A model generated the notes under the pieces. It was not told the origin of the DNA and made no database searches. It was given only the letters and a program-made list of their open reading frames with translations. Positions 12,601-24,734 of a DNA stretch of 63,675 nt are shown here, piece by piece. The stretch lies in the NCBI GenBank assembly GCA_032718475.1, contig JAUCBJ010001403.1, positions 1 through 63,675 on the forward strand, given 5' to 3'. Made by a program: the position numbers and the translations under genes. The stretch's first letter is position 1, and every line of letters begins with the position of its first letter. The DNA is from Nemertoderma westbladi (taxonomy: Eukaryota > Animalia > Xenacoelomorpha).

Positions 12601-15600
12601 ATATAGAGCCCTGGTCGTAAACTGAAACAAACAGAATGTCCAATGTTAGTGATGGAATATAGAGCCCTGGTCGTAAACTGAAACAAACAGAATGTCCAAT
12701 GTTAGTGATGGAATATAGAGCCCTGGTCGTAAACTGAAACAAACAGAATGTCCAATGTTAGTGATGGAATATAGAGCCCTGGTCGTAAACTGAAACAAAC
12801 AGAATGTCCAATGTTAGTGATGGAATATAGAGCCCTGGTCGTAAACTGAAACAAACAGAATGTCCAATGTTAGTGATGGAATATAGAGCCCTGGTCGTAA
12901 ACTGAAACAAACAGAATGTCCAATGTTAGTGATGGAATATAGAGCCCTGGTCGTAAACTGAAACAAACAGAATGTCCAACGTTAGTGATGGAATACAGAG
13001 CCCTGGTCGTAAACTGAAACAAACAGAATGTCCAATGTTAGTGATGGAATATAGAGCCCTGGTCGTAAACTGAAACAAACAGAATGTCCAACGTTAGTGA
13101 TGGAATATAGAGCCCTGGTCGTAAACTGAAACAAACAGAATGTCCAATGTTAGTGATGGAATATAGAGCCCTGGACGTAAACTGAAACAAACAGAATGTC
13201 CAATGTTAGTGATGGAATATAGAGCCCTGGTCGTAAACTGAAACAAACAGAATGTCCAATGTTAGTGATGGAATATAGAGCCCTGGTCGTAAACTGAAAC
13301 AAACAGAATGTCCAATGTTAGTGATGGAATATAGAGCCCTGGTCGTAAACTGAAACAAACAGAATGTCCAATGTTAGTGATGGAATATAGAGCCCTGGTC
13401 GTAAACTGAAACAAACAGAATGTCCAATGTTAGTGATGGAATATAGAGCCCTGGTCGTAAACTGAAACAAACAGAATGTCCAATGTTAGTGATGGAATAT
13501 AGAGCCCTGGTCGTAAACTGAAACAAACAGAATGTCCAACGTTAGTGATGGAATATAGAGCCCTGGACGTAAACTGAAACAAACAGAATGTCCAACGTTA
13601 GTGATGGAATATAGAGCCCTGGTCGTAAACTGAAACAAACAGAATGTCCAATGTTAGTGATGGAATATAGAGCCCTGGTCGTAAACTGAAACAAACAGAA
13701 TGTCCACTGTTAGTGATGGAATATAGAGCCCTGGTCGTAAACTGAAACAAACAGAATGTCCAATGTTAGTGATGGAATATAGAGCCCTGGTCGTAAACTG
13801 AAACAAACAGAATGTCCAACGTTAGTGATGGAATATAGAGCCCTGGACGTAAACTGAAACAAACAGAATGTCCAATGTTAGTGATGGAATATAGAGCCCT
13901 GGTCGTAAACTGAAACAAACAGAATGTCCAACGTTAGTGATGGAATATAGAGCCCTGGACGTAAACTGAAACAAACAGAATGTCCAACGTTAGTGATGGA
14001 ATATAGAGCCCTGGACGTAAACTGAAACAAACAGAATGTCCAATGTTAGTGATGGAATATAGAGCCCTGGTCGTAAACTGAAACAAACAGAATGTCCAAC
14101 GTTAGTGATGGAATATAGAGCCCTGGACGTAAACTGAAACAAACAGAATGTCCAATGTTAGTGATGGAATATAGAGCCCTGGTCGTAAACTGAAACAAAC
14201 AGAATGTCCAACGTTAGTGATGGAATATAGAGCCCTGGTCGTAAACTGAAACAAACAGAATGTCCAATGTTAGTGATGGAATATAGAGCCCTGGTCGTAA
14301 ACTGAAACAAACAGAATGTCCAATGTTAGTGATGGAATATAGAGCCCTGATCGTAAACTGAAACAAACAGAATGTCCAACGTTAGTGATGGAATATAGAG
14401 CCCTGGTCGTAAACTGAAACAAACAGAATGTCCAATGTTAGTGATGGAATATAGAGCCCTGGTCGTAAACTGAAACAAACAGAATGTCCAATGTTAGTGA
14501 TGGAATATAGAGCCCTGGTCGTAAACTGAAACAAACAGAATGTCCAATGTTAGTGATGGAATATAGAGCCCTGGTCGTAAACTGAAACAAACAGAATGTC
14601 CAATGTTAGTGATGGAATATAGAGCCCTGGTCGTAAACTGAAACAAACAGAATGTCCAATGTTAGTGATGGAATATAGAGCCCTGGTCGTAAACTGAAAC
14701 AAACAGAATGTCCAATGTTAGTGATGGAATATAGAGCCCTGGTCGTAAACTGAAACAAACAGAATGTCCAACGTTAGTGATGGAATATAGAGCCCTGGAC
14801 GTAAACTGAAACAAACAGAATGTCCAACGTTAGTGATGGAATATAGAGCCCTGGTCGTAAACTGAAACAAACAGAATGTCCAATGTTAGTGATGGAATAT
14901 AGAGCCCTGGTCGTAAACTGAAACAAACAGAATGTCCAACGTTAGTGATGGAATATAGAGCCCTGGACGTAAACTGAAACAAACAGAATGTCCAATGTTA
15001 GTGATGGAATATAGAGCCCTGGTCGTAAACTGAAACAAACAGAATGTCCAACGTTAGTGATGGAATATAGAGCCCTGGTCGTAAACTGAAACAAACAGAA
15101 TGTCCAATGTTAGTGATGGAATATAGAGCCCTGGTCGTAAACTGAAACAAACAGAATGTCCAATGTTAGTGATGGAATATAGAGCCCTGATCGTAAACTG
15201 AAACAAACAGAATGTCCAACGTTAGTGATGGAATATAGAGCCCTGGTCGTAAACTGAAACAAACAGAATGTCCAATGTTAGTGATGGAATATAGAGCCCT
15301 GGTCGTAAACTGAAACAAACAGAATGTCCAATGTTAGTGATGGAATATAGAGCCCTGGTCGTAAACTGAAACAAACAGAATGTCCAACGTTAGTGATGGA
15401 ATATAGAGCCCTGGTCGTAAACTGAAACAAACAGAATGTCCAATGTTAGTGATGGAATATAGAGCCCTGGTCGTAAACTGAAACAAACAGAATGTCCAAT
15501 GTTAGTGATGGAATATAGAGCCCTGGTCGTAAACTGAAACAAACAGAATGTCCAATGTTAGTGATGGAATATAGAGCCCTGGTCGTAAACTGAAACAAAC

Positions 15601-17197
15601 AGAATGTCCAACGTTAGTGATGGAATATAGAGCCCTGGTCGTAAACTGAAACAAACAGAATGTCCAATGTTAGTGATGGAATATAGAGCCCTGGTCGTAA
15701 ACTGAAACAAACAGAATGTCCAATGTTAGTGATGGAATATAGAGCCCTGGTCGTAAACTGAAACAAACAGAATGTCCAATGTTAGTGATGGAATATAGAG
15801 CCCTGGTCGTAAACTGAAACAAACAGAATGTCCAATGTTAGTGATGGAATATAGAGCCCTGGTCGTAAACTGAAACAAACAGAATGTCCAACGTTAGTGA
15901 TGGAATATAGAGCCCTGGTCGTAAACTGAAACAAACAGAATGTCCAATGTTAGTGATGGAATATAGAGCCCTGGTCGTAAACTGAAACAAACAGAATGTC
16001 CAATGTTAGTGATGGAATATAGAGCCCTGGTCGTAAACTGAAACAAACAGAATGTCCAATGTTAGTGATGGAATATAGAGCCCTGGTCGTAAACTGAAAC
16101 AAACAGAATGTCCAACGTTAGTGATGGAATATAGAGCCCTGGACGTAAACTGAAACAAACAGAATGTCCAATGTTAGTGATGGAATATAGAGCCCTGGTC
16201 GTAAACTGAAACAAACAGAATGTCCAACGTTAGTGATGGAATATAGAGCCCTGGTCGTAAACTGAAACAAACAGAATGTCCAATGTTAGTGATGGAATAT
16301 AGAGCCCTGGTCGTAAACTGAAACAAACAGAATGTCCAACGTTAGTGATGGAATATAGAGCCCTGGTCGTAAACTGAAACAAACAGAATGTCCAATGTTA
16401 GTGATGGAATATAGAGCCCTGGTCGTAAACTGAAACAAACAGAATGTCCAATGTTAGTGATGGAATATAGAGCCCTGATCGTAAACTGAAACAAACAGAA
16501 TGTCCAACGTTAGTGATGGAATATAGAGCCCTGGTCGTAAACTGAAACAAACAGAATGTCCAATGGTAGTGAGGGAATATAGAGCCCTGGTCGTAAACTG
16601 AAACAAACAGAATGTCCAATGTTAGTGATGGAATATAGAGCCCTGGTCGTAAACTGAAACAAACAGAATGTCCACTGTTAGTGATGGAATATAGAGCCCT
16701 GGTCGTAAACTGAAACAAACAGAATGTCCAATGTTAGTGATGGAATATAGAGCCCTGGTCGTAAACTGAAACAAACAGAATGTCCAATGTTAGTGATGGA
16801 ATATAGAGCCCTGATCGTAAACTGAAACAAACAGAATGTCCAACGTTAGTGATGGAATATAGAGCCCTGGTCGTAAACTGAAACAAACAGAATGTCCAAT
16901 GTTAGTGATGGAATATAGAGCCCTGGTCGTAAACTGAAACAAACAGAATGTCCAATGTTAGTGATGGAATATAGAGCCCTGGACGTAAACTGAAACAAAC
17001 AGAATGTCCAACGTTAGTGATGGAATATAGAGCCCTGGTCGTAAACTGAAACAAACAGAATGTCCAATGTTAGTGATGGAATATAGAGCCCTGGACGTAA
17101 ACTGAAACAAACAGAATGTCCAACGTTAGTGATGGAATATAGAGCCCTGGTCGTAAACTGAAACAAACAGAATGTCCAATGTTAGTGATGGAATATA
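6607..17197. repeat. 56-bp tandem array, 189 units, each containing the RPLP0 intron-4 branch point, 3' splice site and first 23 nt of exon 5
   Basis: GAATATA at 6607 and 17191 are 10584 = 189 x 56 apart. Sense (-) unit: CATCACTAAC(A/G)TTGGACATTCTGTTTGTTTCAG|TTTACGACCAGGGCTCTATATTC. Confidence 0.97.
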
Positions 17198-17386
17198 TAT
17201 TCTTCATATAATGAATAAAGAATATATTCTTCAACATTTACTTTGGAGATCCATTGAACTATAAATTGATATTGTTTTGGTTTCCTATCTCCCGGGTTAC
17301 ATATAATAAATTACATTGTTATGAACTGACTGGAAGTTATGAACTAAAAATCTTTGCCGAGGGAATGTAAATAAAAATCATCAACA

Positions 17387-17440
17387 TCAGAATTGCAGGA
17401 TTATTTCATAAAAAGTCAAAGTATCTTGATTTATCATCAC
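17387..17440 (-). ncRNA. SNORD96: Box C/D snoRNA, SNORD96-like (5.8S rRNA Gm75 guide), copy 1 (box C to box D)
   Basis: Minus strand GTGATGA...TTGA...TAATCCTGCAATT-CTGA closed by 10-bp stem AATCATCAAC/GTTGATGATT; guide pairs with 5.8S AAUUGCAGGA and D+5 selects the G, as in vertebrate SNORD96. Confidence 0.88.
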
Positions 17441-17624
17441 CAGTTGATGATTCTAATTAACTACTAATTACACGAAATGGGGCCTTCGCGCAGCACTGCA
17501 TAATTTTATGATATTTTATGTCCGGTGTAACCAATGGGAATGCACCATTAACATAATAAATAATATTGTAGTTGATTAACTGTTTAAAACACAATGGGAT
17601 TAATGGACAACAAAATTCCGTTAC

Positions 17625-17691
17625 TCAGATATTAAAACATAGACATTAAAATAATCATTTAGGTCATTCGACGAGACACAAATATCATCAT
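17625..17691 (-). ncRNA. Box C/D snoRNA family B (unassigned), copy 1
   Basis: Minus strand ATGATGA...ATGA (D') cctaa ATGATT (C')...CTATGTTTTAATAT-CTGA, closed by stem TCTGTTAT/GTAACGGA. Confidence 0.75.
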
Positions 17692-18240
17692 TATAACAGA
17701 GATATGAGCTTACAATGAAAACAACATATTGTAATTAGTCAAAATTTACTCTAAATATCTACCATATAACCAAAATTATGCGTATTATTGGGGTTTTAAA
17801 TTCAATGACAAATATTTTGAGTCCGTACCGGGACTGCCAATAAAGAATACCTTGCAGAGCAGTCGCCAAGGAAACTGACTATTATATAGACACCTAACTG
17901 ACTCTACAACACATAAGGGGGGAGGGGGCGGGGGGGGGGGGGGGGGGGGGGTAAACATTTTTATTCTATCGTGTGTCGAATTTAATGGAGAATTCAAATC
18001 TGCAAGAAGATTTCTCATATCTTTTCTCAAACTCAAGTTATTACCCAAAACATAAGAGCTAGTCTGACTTATGAAAAGCCTTCGAGCAGCACTATATTTT
18101 AAAATTGTACGGGGCCCTTTTCATAAAAAAAGGCTCTCACGGTACAGATATGAATAAAATATCTAAAATAGCGGGAAGATTTAAATTGTTTCTTAAACTT
18201 TAAACACCCATATCTCAGAATGACGTTTTTTCATGAAAAA

Positions 18241-18520
18241 GGCTATTTCTCCGCCAATTTTAATTGAAATGAGTTGAAATTTGGTACACTTGTTAAGAAT
18301 ACATTTCTCCATACTTCTTCTGAACAAATTTGGTTGGAAATGACCTGGCGCCTTTTTATATCAAAAAGGCCCAAAAAGCCGTTTATGGGGCCTTTTTGTT
18401 ATAAAAAGGCTCCAGAGCATTTGAGGCAAAATTTGTTCAGAAGAATTGGATACAGGGTTCTTCTGAACTTATATTCCAAATTTCGACAAATTTCAACAAA
18501 TATTGGTGGCGAAATAGCCC
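18241..18520. mobile_element. Palindromic MITE/foldback-like element inside the 1.75-kb unit (present in each full unit)
   Basis: Nested inverted arms: GGCTATTTCTCCGCCAAT / ATTGGTGGCGAAATAGCC, TTCTTCTGAACAAATTT / AAATTTGTTCAGAAGAA, AAAAAGGCCC / GGGCCTTTTT. Confidence 0.65.
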
Positions 18521-19138
18521 TTCGGCGCAAAAAGGCACTTTTGGCCATTACGGAGCCATTTTGGGGCCAATTTTAAAAATATTTGGCTTGGTTGTTTAGA
18601 AGTACAAAAAATAATTTTTACCCAATATTAGGGTCCCGAGACACAAAAATGTGAGGTTTAAATTTTGGGGTGCTACCCCCCCCCCTTAAGGGGAGTCATA
18701 AATATAATAAAATTGTTTCATAAATTGGCTCAGATAAATTTGGATTGTTGGGAACGAAAAGTTTCTTCAAAGTAAAAAAGAACTCAAAGCGAGCTGAGAT
18801 TATCATCATAGCCAAAACTCAATCAAATAATATTTACACAATAAAACTAAGAACTTCACAGCCATTTCAATGCATCTGTAAAATTGTATGTTGGTTTATC
18901 ATTTTTAAATTATATTAAATTTTAACATAACAACAACTTTATACCTCACAGAAACCAAAGTTCACTAATTATAGAATATTCTTCAACATTTACTTTGGAG
19001 ATCCATTGAACTATAAATTGATATTGTTTTGGTTTCCTATCTCCCGGGTTACATATAATAAATTACATTGTTATGAACTGACTGGAAGTTATGAACTAAA
19101 AATCTTAGCCGAGGGAATGTAAATAAAAATCATCAACA

Positions 19139-19192
19139 TCAGAATTGCAGGATTATTTCATAAAAAGTCAAAGTATCTTGATTTATCATCAC
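19139..19192 (-). ncRNA. SNORD96: SNORD96-like snoRNA, copy 2
   Basis: Same boxes, guide and stem as copy 1. Confidence 0.85.
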
Positions 19193-19376
19193 CAGTTGAT
19201 GATTCTAATTAACTACTAATTACACGAAATGGGGCCTTCGCGCAGCACTGCATAATTTTATGATATTTTATGTCCGGTGTAACCAATGGGAATGCACCAT
19301 TAACATAATAAATAATATTGTAGTTGATTAACTGTTTAAAACACAATGGGATTAATGGACAACAAAATTCCGTTAC

Positions 19377-19443
19377 TCAGATATTAAAACATAGACATTA
19401 AAATAATCATTTAGGTCATTCGACGAGACACAAATATCATCAT
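19377..19443 (-). ncRNA. C/D snoRNA family B, copy 2
   Basis: Same boxes and stem as copy 1. Confidence 0.72.
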
Positions 19444-20894
19444 TATAACAGAGATATGAGCTTACAATGAAAACAACATATTGTAATTAGTCAAAATTTA
19501 CTCTAAATATCTACCATATAACCAAAATTATGCGTATTATTGGGGTTTTAAATTCAATGACAAATATTTTGAGTCCGTACCGGGACTGCCAATAAAGAAT
19601 ACCTTGCAGAGCAGTCGCCAAGGAAACTGACTATTATATAGACACCTAACTGACTCTACAACACATAAGGGGGGAGGGGGGGCGGGGGGGGGGGGGGGGG
19701 GGGTAAACTTTTCTTATTCTATCGTGTGTCGAATTTAATGGAGAATTCAAATCTGCAAGAAGATTTCTCATATCTTTTCTCAAACTCAAGTTATTACCCA
19801 AAACATAAGAGCTAGTCTGATTTATGAAAAGCCTTCGAGCAGCACTATATTTTAAAATTGTACGGGGCCCTTTTCATAAAAAAAGGCTCTCACGGTACAG
19901 ATATGAATAAAATATCTAAAATAGCGGGAAGATTTAAATTGTTTCTTAAACTTTAAACACCCATATCTCAGAATGACGTTTTTTCATGAAAAAGGCTATT
20001 TCTCCGCCAATTTTAATTGAAATGAGTTGAAATTTGGTACACTTGTTAAGAATACATTTCTCCATACTTCTTCTGAACAAATTTGGTTGGAAATGACCTG
20101 GCGCCTTTTTATATCAAAAAGGCCCAAAAAGCCCTTTATGGGGCCTTTTTGTTATAAAAAGGCTCCAGAGCATTTGAGGCAAAATTTGTTCAGAAGAATT
20201 GGATACAGGGTTCTTCTGAACTTATATTCCAAATTTCGACAAATTTCAACAAATATTGGTGGCGAAATAGCCCTTCGGCGCAAAAAGGCACTTTTGGCCA
20301 TTACGGAGCCATTTTGGGGCCAATTTTAAAAATATTTGGCTTGGTTGTTTAGAAGTACAAAAAATAATTTTTACCCAATATTAGGGTCCCGAGACACAAA
20401 AATGTGAGGTTTAAATTTTGGGGTGCTACCCCCCCCCCCCCTTAAGGGGAGTCATAAATATAATAAAATTGTTTCATAAATTGGCTCAGATAAATTTGGA
20501 TTGTTGGGAACGAAAAGTTTCTTCAAAGTAAAAAAGAACTCAAAGCGAGCTGAGATTATCATCATAGCCAAAACTCAATCAAATAATATTTACACAATAA
20601 AACTAAGAACTTCACAGCCATTTCAATGCATCTGTAAAATTGTATGTTGGTTTATCATTTTTAAATTATATTAAATTTTAACATAACAACAACTTTATAC
20701 CTCACAGAAACCAAAGTTCACTAATTATAGAATATTCTTCAACATTTACTTTGGCGATCCATTGAACTATAAATTGATATTGTTTTGGTTTCCTATCTCC
20801 CGGGTTACATATAATAAATTACATTGTTATGAACTGACTGGAAGTTATGAACTAAAAATCTTAGCCGAGGGAATGTAAATAAAAATCATCAACA

Positions 20895-20948
20895 TCAGAA
20901 TTGCAGGATTATTTCATAAAAAATCAAAGTATCTTGATTTATCATCAC
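20895..20948 (-). ncRNA. SNORD96: SNORD96-like snoRNA, copy 3
   Basis: Same boxes, guide and stem. Confidence 0.85.
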
Positions 20949-21132
20949 CAGTTGATGATTCTAATTAACTACTAATTACACGAAATGGGGCCTTCGCGCA
21001 GCACTGCATAATTTTATGATATTTTATGTCCGGTGTAACCAATGGGAATGCACCATTAACATAATAAATAATATTGTAGTTGATTAACTGTTTAAAACAC
21101 AATGGGATTAATGGACAACAAAATTCCGTTAC

Positions 21133-21199
21133 TCAGATATTAAAACATAGACATTAAAATAATCATTTAGGTCATTCGACGAGACACAAATATCATCAT
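21133..21199 (-). ncRNA. C/D snoRNA family B, copy 3
   Basis: Same boxes and stem. Confidence 0.72.
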
Positions 21200-22658
21200 T
21201 ATAACAGAGATATGAGCTTACAATGAAAACAACATATTGTAATTAGTCAAAATTTACTCTAAATATCTACCATATAACCAAAATTATGCGTATTATTGGG
21301 GTTTTAAATTCAATGACAAATATTTTGAGTCCGTACCGGGACTGCCAATAAAGAATACCTTGCAGAGCAGTCGCCAAGGAAACTGACTATTATATAGACA
21401 CCTAACTGACTCTACAACACATAAGGGGGGAGGGGGCGGGGGGGGGTGGGGTGGGTAAATTTTTCTTATTCTATCGTGTGTCGAATTTAATGGAGAATTC
21501 AAATCTGCAAGAAGATTTCTCAAATATTTTCTCAAACTCAAGTTATTACCCAAAACATAAGAGCTAAAACATAAGAGCTAGTCTGATTCATGAAAAGCCT
21601 TCGAGCAGCACTATATTTTAAAATTGTACGGGACCCTTTTCATAAAAAAAAGGCTCTCACGGTACAGATATGAATAAAATAGCTAAAATAGCGGGAAGAT
21701 TTAAATTGTTTCTTAAACTTTAAACACCCATATCTAAGAATGACGTTTTTTCATGAAAAAGGCTATTTCTCCGCCAATTTTAATTGAAATGAGTTGAAAT
21801 TTGGTACACTTGTTAAGAATACATTTCTCCATACTTCTTCTGAACAAATTTGGTTGGAAATGACCTGGCGCCTTTTTATATCAAAAAGGCCCAAAAAGTC
21901 GTTTATGGGGCCTTTTTGTTATAAAAAGGCTCCAGAGCATTTGAGGCAAAATTTGTTCAGAAGAATTGGATACAGGGTTCTTCTGAACTTATATTCCAAA
22001 TTTCGACAAATTTCAACAAATATTGGTGGCGAAATAGCCCTTCGGCGCAAAAAGGCACTTTTGGCCATTACGGAGCCATTTTGGGGCCAATTTTAAAAAT
22101 AGTTGGCTTGGTTGTTTAGAAGTACAAAAAATAATTTTTACCCAATATTAGGGTCCCGAGACACAAAAATGTGAGGTTTAAATTTCGGAGTGCTACCCCC
22201 CCCCCTTAAGGGGAGTCATAAATATAATAAAATTGTTTCATAAATTGGCTCAGATAAATTTGGATTGTTGGGAACGAAAAGTTTCTTCAAAGTAAAAAAG
22301 AACTCAAAGCGAGCTGAGATTATCATCATAGCCAAAACTCAATCAAATAATATTTACACAATAAAACTAAGAACTTCACAGCCATTTCAATGCATCTGTA
22401 AAATTGTATGTTGGTTTATCATTTTTAAATTATATTAAATTTTAACATAACAACAACTTTATACCTCACAGAAACCAAAGTTCACTAATTATAGAATATT
22501 CTTCAACATTTACTTTGGAGATCCATTGAACTATAAATTGATATTGTTTTGGTTTCCTATCTCCCGGGTTACATATAATAAATTACATTGTTATGAACTG
22601 ACTGGAAGTTATGAACTAAAAATCTTAGCCGAGGGAATGTAAATAAAAATCATCAACA

Positions 22659-22712
22659 TCAGAATTGCAGGATTATTTCATAAAAAATCAAAGTATCTTG
22701 ATTTATCATCAC
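22659..22712 (-). ncRNA. SNORD96: SNORD96-like snoRNA, copy 4
   Basis: Same boxes, guide and stem. Confidence 0.85.
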
Positions 22713-22896
22713 CAGTTGATGATTCTAATTAACTACTAATTACACGAAATGGGGCCTTCGCGCAGCACTGCATAATTTTATGATATTTTATGTCCGGTGT
22801 AACCAATGGGAATGCACCATTAACATAATAAATAATATTGTAGTTGATTAACTGTTTAAAACACAATGGGATTAATGGACAACAAAATTCCGTTAC

Positions 22897-22963
22897 TCAG
22901 ATATTAAAACATAGACATTAAAATAATCATTTAGGTCATTCGACGAGACACAAATATCATCAT
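22897..22963 (-). ncRNA. C/D snoRNA family B, copy 4
   Basis: Same boxes and stem. Confidence 0.72.
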
Positions 22964-24429
22964 TATAACAGAGATATGAGCTTACAATGAAAACAACATA
23001 TATGGTAATTAGTCAAAATTTACTCTAAATATCTACCATATAACCAAAATTATGCGTATTATTGGGGTTTTAAATTCAATGACAAATATTTTGAGTCCGT
23101 ACCGGGACTGCCAATAAAGAATACCTTGCAGAGCAGTCGCCAAGGAAACTGACTATTATATAGACACCTAACTGACTCTACAACACATAAGGGGGGAGGG
23201 GGAGGGGGCGGGGGGGGGGGGGGGTGGGTAAATTTTTCTTATTCTATCGTGTGTCGAATTTAATGGAGAATTCAAATCTGCAAGAAGATTTCTCAAATAT
23301 TTTCTCAAACTCAAGTTATTACCCAAAACATAAGAGCTAAAACATAAGAGCTAGTCTGATTTATGGAAAGCCTTCGAGCAGCACTATATTTTAAAATTGT
23401 ACGGGACCCTTTTCATAAAAAAAAGGCTCTCACGGTACAGATATGAATAAAATAGCTAAAATAGCGGGAAGATTTAAATTGTTTCTTAAACTTTAAACAC
23501 CCATATCTAAGAATGACGTTTTTTCATGAAAAAGGCTATTTCTCCGCCAATTTTAATTGAAATGAGTTGAAATTTGGTACACTTGTTAAGAATACATTTC
23601 TCCATACTTCTTCTGAACAAATTTGGTTGGAAATGACCTGGCGCCGTTTTATATCAAAAAGGCCCAACAAGCCCTTTATGGGGCCTTTTTGTTATAAAAA
23701 GGCTCCAGAGCATTTGAGGCAAAATTTGTTCAGAAGAATTGGATACAGGGTTCTTCTGAACTTATATTCCAAATTTCGACAAATTTCAACAAATATTGGT
23801 GGCGAAATAGCCCTTCGGCGCAAAAAGGCACTTTTGGCCATTACGGAGCCATTTTGGGGCCAATTTTAAAAATATTTGGTTTGGTTGTTTAGAAGTACAA
23901 AAAATAATTTTTACCCAATATTAGGGTCCCGAGACACAAAAATGTGAGGTTTAAATTTTGGGGTGCTACCCCCCCCTTAAGGGGAGTCACAAATATAATA
24001 AAATTGTTTCAAAAATTGGCTCAGATAAATTTGGATTGTTGGGAACGAAAAGTTTCTTCAAAGTAAAAAAGAACTCAAAGCGAGCTGAGATTATCATCAT
24101 AGCCAAAACTCAATCAAATAATATTTACACAATAAAACTAAGAACTTCACAGCCATTTCAATGCATCTGTAAAATTGTATGTTGGTTTATCATTTTTAAA
24201 TTATATTAAATTTTAACATAACAACAACTTTATACCTCACAGAAACCAAAGTTCACTAATTATAGAATATTCTTCAACATTTACTTTGGCGATCCATTGA
24301 ACTATAAATTGATATTGTTTTGGTTTCCTATCTCCCGGGTTACATATAATAAATTACATTGTTATGAACTGACTGGAAGTTATGAACTAAAAATCTTTGC
24401 CGAGGGAATGTAAATAAAAATCATCAACA

Positions 24430-24483
24430 TCAGAATTGCAGGATTATTTCATAAAAAGTCAAAGTATCTTGATTTATCATCAC
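24430..24483 (-). ncRNA. SNORD96: SNORD96-like snoRNA, copy 5
   Basis: Same boxes, guide and stem. Confidence 0.85.
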
Positions 24484-24667
24484 CAGTTGATGATTCTAAT
24501 TAACTACTAATTACACGAAATGGGGCCTTCGCGCAGCACTGCATAATTTTATGATATTTTATGTCCGGTGTAACCAATGGGAATGCACCATTAACATAAT
24601 AAATAATATTGTAGTTGATTAACTGTTTAAAACACAATGGGATTAGTGGACAACAAAATTCCGTTAC

Positions 24668-24734
24668 TCAGATATTAAAACATAGACATTAAAATAATCA
24701 TTTAGGTCATTCGACGAGACAAAAATATCATCAT
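24668..24734 (-). ncRNA. C/D snoRNA family B, copy 5
   Basis: Same boxes; one substitution in the D'-side guide. Confidence 0.7.

Noticed and set aside
17417-17433. D'-side element of the SNORD96-like RNA pairing with U2 snRNA (AGUAUCU)
   Set aside because: Only 7 bp, D'+5 does not hit the known Cm40, and the element has diverged in copy 8.
17785-24209. Repeated 83-100-aa ORFs in the 1.75-kb unit
   Set aside because: Non-ATG starts, overlap with the palindrome or G-tract, broken in other units, no recognisable domain.
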